Shown here: piece by piece, positions 1-31,500 of the stretch
Position numbering within the stretch: the stretch's first letter is position 1
How the letters are laid out: each line of letters opens with the position of its first letter
NCBI GenBank assembly: GCA_030141605.1
Contig: JAQGDQ010000050.1
Coordinates: 321,971 to 385,970, forward strand
Origin: Tubiluchus corallicola
Taxonomy: Eukaryota > Animalia > Priapulida
Direction of reading: 5' to 3'
Length of the DNA: 64,000 bases
Notes under the pieces: generated by a model
Seen by the model: the letters and a program-made list of their open reading frames with translations, nothing else
The model's database searches: none
Told to the model about the DNA's origin: nothing
Made by a program: the position numbers and the translations under genes

Positions 1-19924
<19,924 letters not shown>

Positions 19925-22566
19925 TGGATGTTGACGAATATGCAGCATGATATTTTAAATGTAATTGAAACGACAGCATTAACAAATGCATTTGTACTGT
20001 AAAACAGCCAAAGTAAAATAATGATCCATATTAACTTGCTTTGCATCTTTGTGACTGTGTCATTTTAATAGAAGATTGCATTTGTGACAAACACAAACTA
20101 ACTGAAAAAAGGGTTCACCATAAGTTATAATAAACTGAAAATGTATCTCAGTGTCAGTAGAATGTAATCTGACTGTGAGGTTAAAGTTAATAATTTATTT
20201 TCTGTCTGCAGATTACCTATCTCTTCTAGGTAATCTGGAAGTCTAATGGAACTTCAGTAGGTAGTTATGAGTCCTAATAATTTGAAGTAATAGTCTTTAA
20301 TAAGCAACGGTGAATATGAAAAGTATTAAATGATTTTTACTTGAATTTATTACAGGTTGTTTGTCAAACTTGACATCTTGTAACTATATTTTTATGTCTT
20401 AGCATGTGTCGAGCATTATTTTGGCTTTTGCTCATTCATGGTTGGTAGCTGTTTAGCAAATTAATTCGACTTACAGCTTCCAAATGATATGTATATTAAT
20501 TTATTTATAACTTACAATAGCTGTGCTATTTGATAGTAGTTAATAATGTGAGAACAAAAAGCTAATGTGAAACTTTTAATCTTTAAACGGCTGTTTAGTA
20601 AAGTTATTTTAATATTGTCCTGTACTAGCTACACAGTAATCATCAATTTTAATTTGTAAATAACAATAATTAAAGATGTCAGGCAATGTCTTGTGTACTG
20701 AATTCATGATTATATAAGGCTGTGGTGGTGCTGATAACCTAGTTGTCAACTATTTACACATATAACATTAAATCTCACGAGAAGGCTTTAATACATTTTA
20801 ACAAACGCATTTTTACTTTATTAATAAAAAATACAAATTTCGTGTATTGTGCAAATATTACTAAAAAATAGAATTTTATTTGTAAAATTCTATTTTTTTA
20901 TTTGAAAAATAATGCTCAATATTTACTCAGCTGATTAACACAATAATAACAAAAACAAAAACGTTTTTTCTCCATATTAATTTTCATAATTTGCCTGCTA
21001 CCACATTTCTTCACAGTTCATAAACTTTTTCATAAGCAAAAGAATAAGACACCAAATGTAATGCAGATGCATTGCATAAATATATTTTCTTTAAATGTAA
21101 GTACTCGCCTTGAGGCTTATAACATTGTAGCTTATAATAATTTATTAAATTGCGACCGTCTGCATGATGCATATTCAAAATGTTGTAAATTTTACATTCA
21201 ATGCAATATTTGTGATCAAAAACTGGCAAATCCAAAAGCAAAATATGAGCATTAGGGGAGTCAGAATTCAGAAGTGACTACATGTAACTGAATTTGAACT
21301 AAACCAAAATGTTTCTTTTATTTCTCTTTCCAAAGCTCATTATGAATATTTGTACATAGTTAAAGATTCAATTAGATAATTTTACTAAACGTGGGGACTA
21401 CACTGATTAACATTACACTTGACATTATGATTAAAAATCAAAAATTTTAAGCTCATTTACTTAACACCTGCAAAGTAAACTTGAAAACTGTGCTTTCTAG
21501 TAGGTCTAATGGGAATCAAAAATACATAAATTCGGTAAAAATATATCATATCTAATTACTATCATCTTAATTTATGACCAATTTCACTTGGACGTCTATT
21601 TAACTAACTACATGCTGGCGATTTCTATAAATAATATGTATCAGCAAAGTTTACTGTGATTTTTGTACTACAGAACATCTGAAGTAAATTAAAATAATAA
21701 TATAATAATGATGATAGACACTATAACTACCTAAAACAAATATGCTACTGATAGGATAACCAGTGGTGGATTCCAAAACTTCAGTCATAAATCTTACTTA
21801 AACATCACTGTTACCATCAAAAATCAAGATATAAAGAATCTGCAACAAGTAATACTCATAAGTTTATAATTTCTACAAATTGTGATGCTTAGTAAATAAC
21901 AAAGACAATTTCAAGCAACGCTAATCATATGTTGCCTATAAATTGCAAGTTAAAGTTTAAGACACTGCACCAAAATTTCACTCATTAAGTATTTCTAACA
22001 TATAAATAACTAGTCATGTGGTCACCAATGTGATATGTAGTAATTATGTATAAGTTAAACTGTTCATGTTTTGAATAATTAAAAACTTCAACATTTCTCC
22101 AGCAATATGTAATTCCAAAAGGTCATTAAATTAGTGGCAAATAAAGTATAGTGTTTTGAGAAACTAAAACAGTGACAATATGCATTTAACTGAAATTTTC
22201 ACTAGGCACAGTTAAATCTCATTGCCTGGTGCTAGATCACAAACAGTCAACAACCAATATTAAAACCTGGTGATATGAATATACTATAAATTTTCACCAT
22301 CACAAATTATGCAGAAAGAAATTAATGCAATTTTACTTGTTATTATTTTAATATATAGCAACATAAAGTTTGTGTGGTGATGAACTCAAGCAAAATTACG
22401 AGTGATAAAAGCATTAAAGCTTTTGTCGTCTGTAACAGGTTGATGTAAATACTGCAGTTGGTAACTGGAATCTTCGGCTGCTGATACTAGTATAGTTGAA
22501 AAAAATCTCTGTTTCTGAAGGAGTTACAAACCTCAAATCATTTCTAGTAAAAACTAAAGATCGAAT

Positions 22567-25500
22567 TTACTGCTGCCACTGCTGTTGAGGATACGGTGGT
22601 GGTTGCTGACCAGGGTACTGCTGTTGTGGGTAAGGATAACCGGGTTGCTGAGGGTACTGGAATGCTGGCTGCGGATAACCCTGTTGAGGATACGGTTGAG
22701 TAGGATAGGGCACAGCATAAGGATTGTAGCCAGTTGGCATCGGTGGCATAGTGTAACCATATCCCTGTGGAAACTGTGTAGTAGGTGCAGCTCCATACGC
22801 TGGTGGTGAAGCGTACTGCTGGGAAGGTGCTGAAGCTCCTGTACTTGTGATTGAAGTTGAAGAAGCAGATGCTTGTGCAGCTGTAGTAGTAGATGGAGGA
22901 GGAGGTCTTGCTGGTGCTGCCCTACCAGCTTCCTGGTGGTGCCTAGGTGGTTTCGGAGGTGCAGCAGCTGGTTGGTTTGCAATGGACTGTTGCAAATCCT
23001 TCATCAAATCTTCTTTTTCAGTCTTTCGGGCAAAACAGAAATCTCCAACTTTCATCTGAAACTTCAGTAATATTTGTGTCAAATCATTATAAAACTTTGT
23101 TCCCTCCTTAAGGTTCGCTGTCAGCTCCATATAAGCATCATGAGCAGCTGCCAGATCACGCAAGATTTCTTCTCGTTTTGCAGCACTCTGATTTGATGAC
23201 TTTTGTTTAACAAACTCTGTATTAGTCTTTTGTATATTAGCCATAAGAACTTCTTGTTTTTTAATGCTCTCTGTAACTTGTTTCTGTAGTGGACCATACA
23301 AGCGATTCAATTCAGATAGGGATACACCTTCCTCATTTATGGCACCATCATTAGCCAGTGCTTGAAGAAACTTACTACTCATGTCAGACGTAGTATCCTT
23401 TATTTCACTTTCCACTGCATCTCTTTCAGCCTTTATTGTCTCCACTTGTTCAATATAACCTCGCAATTCTTTTACAATGGGACTATTTTGCAAAGCTGCA
23501 CCTGAACTTGCAGCTGGTATGCTTTGTATCAGCTCATTCTCATTTTTACAAAGGAGCTCAATCATGGTTTTATGTGAAGAAAATTTTTCTTTGACAACAC
23601 CATCAGCAGTGATTGCATTACTAATAATTGTCTGGTACTTTGAGCCTTCCGCACGCAGAGGTGCTGTCAGTTTAGCAGATGGAGTTCTTTCCCAACGCTC
23701 TTTAAATTGCTCGCGTAACTGATTATCTGACGCCTCTTCTTCATCTAACTGCCTCATTGTTTCATCTAGAATTTCTTTATTTCTCTTTAAAAGTTCTGGA
23801 AGGTCACTTATTTGCTTTTGAAGAGCTTGTAAGCCACCATGGCTTTTAATCGCATCAGATTTCTCTTTAATTGAAGCAGGTAAAGCATTTGCTGATCCTG
23901 GAGCAAGATCTTCAATTCCTGCAGGTAAATTCAGTGATGCCAAAATGCTATTCATTAACTGTGTACTTTCCCTCAGTTTTCCAATTTCTGTGTTTACTAT
24001 TTCAGACTTGCGTGTGTCATAAACGGCAAGAGCTTGATGCACTGCAATTGGAACCAAGTTTTGAAACAAGTCTGTAAATTTTGAACTCATCTGACCAGTT
24101 ACTGGCAAAGGTTTTGCAAGGTTAGCTTTACCAATTGCTTGTAAGTTTGCAACATCTGGTACAACTTCATGGTAGATAAAGTCATTGTCCTTCTTTGCAG
24201 CATCATGTGCTATTCTTACTCTAGCTATTGCTTTGTCCAATTGGAGAGAACCCTGTGCTCTTGAGGTTGCAGCTTGCAACAGCTGACTTCCATGCTGCAA
24301 TCTAGATATTTCCTCACCAACTTCCTTTTTAGCTTTTGCCACACATGCCTGGTGATACTCAGCCAAGCCATGATACAGAGCCTGTTTGCCTGCAACTATG
24401 TTAATCCAGTCTTTCTCCCACTGGTCACGAATGGTTGATGCCTGCATGAATTTTAGTGCTTCCGCATACAAATCTGAACATTGATTTGCAACTTTTGCTA
24501 CCACAGCATCTTTCATTTTATCAAGTGCTGCCTTTAAATAAAATGCTTCCTGAGCCTGAGCAAGCATTAAACTTGATAAAGCTGTCATTGAATCATAAGA
24601 CATATCCGATGTTGGATCTTGCCCAATCATGTGCAGAGCATTATCCTTCAGATATCCAAATATTCCTGCTGCCAGTTGAAACAGTCGAGCAGATGATTTC
24701 AATCCTTCATCCTCATTGTGGTTTTGCACTTCCGCTACTTGACTTTGCATTGCAGCTACATTAAACAATAAACAGGCTCTCTCAAATGCTGCAGTACACA
24801 CAGTTAGACTGGCTTTTCCTCCAAATAATGATCCCTTGTCGAAAGCATCCTTCCATTTGAAAGGAATTCGCACTTGATTTTCTTCTAGTGGAAATTTGCT
24901 TTCCATAGCCATTATTTGATCATGGTATCTAAAAGGAAGTAACATATGATACATTAATCAAGAATTACTATTTGTTTTAAATAGCAACACTGTGTAACTC
25001 AAAAAGACATCATAGTGATGGGCATTGTTACCATAGACTGTGATCCCAAGTGTATAAAATGAAGCAAATTACAAACAGCTATGACAACAGCAGTAGCCAT
25101 GATCAGTGTTGGATATCAGAGTAGCAAATTTTCATATGTAGCAGGCAAAAATAGTGTTATACGTCAGAACAAAAATGAATAATTTTAACTTAAAGAAGGA
25201 ATGCTAAGTATTCGCAGACTTTTTCATAATAATTTCTGTACAGCCACTGGAAGAGTGAAGAAGTAAAAATTAAACCTTTGACAGCAATAAGTGAATTGCT
25301 ACTTTTCATCCAGTGGATTTATCAATAATTATAGTGTGACATGTGGTAGCAAATTCTAGTTAGATAGGAAACCTGTGAATGATTTCTTCTGTGTGGTGGC
25401 AAAAACACAACAGCAAACTTGTAACATTTAACTTATCTGAGGATGAAACACTATACCTCATGCATACTTAAGCAATCAAACTGGAAATTTTTTTTCATTG

Positions 25501-28500
25501 GCTGATAGACATCTTGCTTCTAAGGCTGTTTAGAGTTATACAATATACATGTGTATAGTATTTCAGCACCTCTTAACCATTTCTCACCCTCTCTCTTTCA
25601 CCATCTTCTTAGAAATGCAACAAATGCTTTTTCTTACAGTATTTGTATATAAAAGCCCAAAATTTATTCAAGTTTAGTTAGTAGAAAGTACGATATGACC
25701 ACAAGAGACTAGAACATAAAATTATCAAGGATTTAGGAAAATAGTAGAGGAGATCAACTGGTCAGCTGCTACTACTACTACTTAGTTTAGAAACTATAAT
25801 TAAAACTAATGACTGATTTAACTTATTTATTGTATATACATTTTACCATATAAGTACTATAATCTAGATATAAAATTCTGCTATTCTTGTAATATAGATG
25901 GAACAGTGATTGTCCTTTTGCTGGCTTTTGCACAAGATCACCTATATTAAGTTGCTCAAGACAAGCAGAAATGAGGGATCTTGATATCACACTAAATGAC
26001 GATATCAGGTTTCCTTACAAAATATATTCTTAACACATTTGAGTCTCATCAAAGCTGCACTAGTTAGGAATATCTTGCAATTATTAATTCAAACACTATA
26101 GAATGTTCAAGGTTCATTATAACAAATTATCAAAAATCAACAAGCTCTATGTTAAATCATATATATGCGTAAACTAAGTTGTAAAGCACTGGGCAGTTAT
26201 TGCAGCAAAACCTCGGACTAGTGGGCATGAATTTCGCGAGATCACACTGGATAACACTATTAGCAGTTCATTTTCAAGTTCATAGCACTTTCAGTTCAGA
26301 CAAAAGCATTTATAATTCTAGCTTAGCAAGGGTCAAGCTTCAGCAAATATTTGCATAATAGTTTAGTCCAGACTAGAGCCGCATGGGTCTAAATTTTCTA
26401 CTCCAGTCAGCAAAGTGTCACAGCTCAACCATTAGCAAACACAGTTGTTTGGGCTTTCAAAACCAAATTTGGGGCTAGATTACATTTTGCTATTTCTTCC
26501 CTCTTTATTTACCAAAACATATCATTCCATCTAAACAAAACCATAAACAAATGACAAAAAATAACACTAGTCAAAAGTCAATTTTACATAATTCAGAGTT
26601 TCACACTGCACCGTCGCATTAATCAATAAATAGCTGTTATCTAATAGTAAATTTTATAAAGTAATTAGAGTATATACGTACGTTATTAGCCCCAAATCAT
26701 AAGCAATGGCAACAGATAACGATTTCGATTGAACTCTCAATTAGTTTATGTATCGGACGCTGCAACACTCCATCTTTGGTCCGCAAGGTCGCACTTCTCA
26801 CCGAACCATCACTGCTCTTGTGTGTCTCTATAACCCGTGCAAGTAGCCAGCAGTTTCTAGGGCAGATGTCAACAATCAAGACCACATCCACCTTGATATT
26901 CTGTTCTACCTTGTTCCATTTAGAACGACATTGTAAGAGTGGTAGATATTCGAACTGCCATCTCCGCCAGAATACATTCACAAGATGTTGCACCTGACGC
27001 CATTTTCTGCGATAAAGATCAGCAGAAGTAAACTTGCCTGGTGGTAATAGATCGAAGTTAGATCGCATCTGCAAAAAATGGTTAGGCGTGAGAGGATTAC
27101 AATCTTCAGAGTCGTCAGATATAGCAGTGAGGGGCCTGCTATTGATAATATTTTCAGTGATGCAGAAAAATGTATGCAATCCCTCGTCATCAAGAGTCTG
27201 CAGATCAACTACTGAACAAAGCACTTTCTTCACTGACTTCACCATCACCTCCCATATCCCACCCATGTGGGGCGCTTTAGGTGGGTTGAAAACCCACTCA
27301 ATGTTCTGCTGATGCAAGCTTTCTCTAATTGTGTCATTGTTCCATGCTTGTATGGACTTTCCTAGTTCTTTAGATGCACCAATAAAATTTGTGCCACAGT
27401 CAGATTGGATTTTTGAAGGCTTTCCCCTTCTGCTGCTAAATTTCTGCAATGCTTTTATAAAAGAGTTTGTTGTCATGGTTTGCAGGACTTCTAGGTGCAC
27501 ACTCCTAGTTGCTAGGCAGGTAAACAACGCTCCATAGCGTTTCACCATGACACGTCCTCTTCTCACAGAAATTGGGATGAATCAATCCACACCTACAGTG
27601 GAGAAGGCAGATGATGGGCGAACTTTTTCTTCTGGCAAGTCTGCCATTTTCTGCCCCATGGGTTGAGCATGCCAAAGTCTACAAAGCCTGCATTCATAGA
27701 TGGCTCTTCTCATCAGGACCCTCATGCCAATTATCCAGAGTTTCGAGCGTACCAAAGACATGACATGTTCCTTTCCGACGTGTCCATGCTGCACGACTAG
27801 CAACGAAAGTCTGTGCTTTTTAGGCAAAATGACGGGATGCTTGGCTTCTTGATCGAGTAAAGATTTCTTTAGCCTGCCCCAACTCGTAAGATGCCGCTGC
27901 GGTCTTTGTGCAACAGATGCACCTTCAGTGCTTAATGTTTTATACTCGGCTTCAAAGGTCTCAAGTTGAACTTGTCTGATTATTTCATCTTGAGCGTCAT
28001 TCAGTTCAGCTATAATGAGATGATGAGAAACTGTAAACGGTTGCTTTGCCACTGCTCTTGCATGTAGAATTCTTTTCAACCGCAACAACCAAGCAACAAC
28101 TTTCTTTAATCTATGAAAGGATGAATAATAGTTTGTCAATTGATACACAATGCTGTTTGGCAATTTGTCTGCTTTCACCATATTTAAAGTTGCCGATCTC
28201 TTCACTTCTTTGTCAGTCTCAAGCATGTTTTCAGCATGCTGAACGTCAAAACTTGGCCTGGAAGCTTCACTGATGTGCAAAAATTCTGGTCCATGTTTCC
28301 ACCTCTCCGATGACAGTAAAGCCTTGGCATCTAATCCTCTAGATACATCATCAGCACTGTTGTCTTCAGAGCTAACATGATGCCACTGCGATGGTGCTGA
28401 AACTTCCAAAATGCCCTGGACTCTGTTCTGCACAAAGGTGTGGAATTGTCTCGACGTATTCTTAATATACTGCAGAACTATAATGCTACGAGATCAGAAT

Positions 28501-31500
28501 TTGGAACTGTCTATGTGCATAGTTAGCTCCTTTCTTAGAATACCATCAAGTTTAACTGCCAGTAAGGCAGCACAGAGCTCAAGTCGTGGAATCGTAAGAA
28601 CCCTTTATTGGTGCAAGACGCGGTTTTGCCATCAAAAAAGCTACATGAATATCTCCACATCCATTTTCCAAGCATACATAGGATACAGCTCCATAAGCGA
28701 CCTCTGAAGCGTCACAGAAGTGATGAAGTTGTACAGATACAGGCGTTTCAAAGTCTGGTGGTTTGATGCAACGTCTAACTTTGAAATTCTCCAGCAGTAC
28801 ACAGTCGGACATCCATTTAATTCACTTAATTTCAGTACTGTCTTTAAGCTTGCCATCCCAAGGCTTCTGCAGTCTGCACTCCTGAAACAGCAATTTTGCC
28901 TGGAGTACAAAAGCATTTACGAACCCGAGAGGGTCATAGACAGATGCAAGAGAACTTAAAAGACCACGTTTCGTGTGAGCATGTTCTCTCTGCTTTACTT
29001 GTATGCCAAAACTATCACTGTCTACTTTCCACTTGACACCTAAAGCTCGTTCTTCAGGAGGAAAGTCGAGCATGAGATTCTTAACGCATTTGCCAAGATG
29101 CTCTTCTGGGACATTAATCAAAGCCTGTCTTTTGTTGGAGACCCATTTCGTCAAACAGAAACCTCCTTTTATGTAAGATCCTCAACAAGGGCTTTGGCCT
29201 GGTCTGCAGTCTCCACTGATTTTAAACAGTCATCTACGTAGAAGTTGCAGAGCACCGTTTCTGTTACTTCTTTATCGAAATAAATAGCATTATCCGTTGC
29301 AGTCCACTTAAGTGCAAATGATGACACACTTGGAGACCAAATGCCACCGAACAAATGTACTGTCATCCTGAATGTTTGTGGTGGCTTGTCAGTTTGCCCA
29401 TCTGGCCACCAGAGAAATCTAAGCATATCCCTGTGTTTAGGTGAGACGAATACCTGATGAAACATTTCTCGTACGTCTGCCATTACTGCTACTGGATGTT
29501 CCCTGAACTGCAGCAACACGCCAATAAGTTTGTTGGTGAGGTCAGGCCCTTGAAGAACCAGATGATTTAAACACACACCTTCGCACTCAGCAGCGCAGTC
29601 AAACACGATTCTGGTCTTGTCTGGCTTATTAATGTTGAACACAGGGAAGTGGGGTACATACCATTTCACTGAGGACAATTGTTGTTCGCTTTAAATATCA
29701 TCATCCACTTTCTCACAGTAACCTTTGTTGATCAGATCATTCATAGCCTGTGTGTAATTTTCTTGCAAAATAGGCTGTCTGTTAAATCTCTTACGCAAAC
29801 ATTCAAGCCGTTTTACTGCCACTTGGTAACTGTCAGACAAATTTTGATTCTCCTCCTTGAAGGGTATTTCTAGCTGATAATGTCCATTCACCAAAGTAAC
29901 AGAGTTTTCCCAAATACTGAATGCCTTCATATCATCTCTTGACCATTTGCTTTCATCATCGCAAGCATCCATCCTCCAAAACTTCTCCACTTGTTGTTGT
30001 AAAGTATCAGATTGAGACGAAGAAAGTGAATCTGCAAGTGTGTAATTATTGGTGGCTGACTTAAGATTCAAATTACCGCCCCTATAGGGCTGTTAAGTGA
30101 CCATCCAAGCTTTGTCCTTGTCGCATATGGTGCATCTTTTCCATCTGCTCTTACCTCGAGTGGAATTAGAGCTTCTGGGACATCCTGGCCAATTAAAAGT
30201 CCTATCTCTAAGTTCTGCATCTCATTAAAACTAGTCAAGGCTGTTGCTAGATCTCGAAGGTGAGGCCATTGCTCCACATCACGATTAGTGACCAGGCTTT
30301 GTTCATCTAGCATAATCACAAGTCTCACAAATATGCAGGGCAACAACAATTTATTGTTTCCTTTCACATCCGTCACTGTGTTTCATGTTCGTAACTGTTG
30401 TGTCAACTTCACAATGCTTCTCCATAGTAGTCAGTTTCAAAACGTCTCTTAGCCCTTGAGCACCTATGCTGTCAAATAAATGCTGCGAGCAAAAGGTGTT
30501 GGTCGATCCATTGTCCAGAAGAGCCAACATAGTTATTGGAGTTTTCCCTTCGACCTGAACTTTCACAGGAAGTATGGGAAGTACCACCTTTCTCCCGATG
30601 TTATAACTGTGGCTAGCACATGTCGTCACTTCTCTACTATTTTGCATATGATTATTTTCAGGATTTGTTCGAGAAGGTGCCCAACTTTCTAATGCTGTGT
30701 GGAGTAAGTTAGAGTGTTTACACTTACAACCCTCCATAGTACATCCAGATTTATAGCACCTTGCTGCCTGGTGCCGGCCCTTAGCTAAGCAGTTAAAACA
30801 CAAACGTTCGTGTCTTGCATAGTTTAACCTGTCAGCATCATTCATTGCTGCAAATTTCGGACAATTGCCTAACGACGCATGCTCAGTGGAATTGCATAGG
30901 ATACATGGCCTTTTATTTTTGCTGTTTTGAGGTTTTTGCATCACACTGAGGCTTTGGCTGCATCCTAAACTCCGATTTTAAAAAGGCACCTGCGGCTTGA
31001 GATGCACTAGCGAAGTTCTTAGCTGCCGTGCTGCGCTTGCTCTTAGCCTGGGTACCTGTAGGTTGCAATAAATCTCTGTAAACAGGGTGGTTCAACCTGC
31101 CTGCCACATCTTGGATGAAGCCAACTACATCAAATATGGTTGGATTGATTCCTGAACTCTTGTTTCATTAATTTGCTAACTTTGTCTCTCATTACATCAC
31201 CGACGAATTTTTCTAAATCAATCGATGGCAGCTGCATGGCATTATACATTTGCATATGTTGGCACTGCCCTTCTAGCATGATGCTCATGACTGCATTTAA
31301 GTCAGTTGGATTTGTTGCTGAAGCGGACGTTTTGCCTAAGCGCTTATCAAAACCAGAAGCAGCAAGCTGAAATTCATGAGGCCTAATGTCAGGCATAGCA
31401 TGAAACTGTGTAGGTCTAAATTCTGTCGACGATTTTCGGACGAAGTCATCTATTGCTGCATTCAAGCGGCTGTTCTTTATACGTTTCATAATTAGAACGA

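Noticed and set aside
22554-24764. Alternative-frame and antisense ORFs over ALIX exon 2
   Set aside because: They are shadows of the real CDS with no independent motifs.
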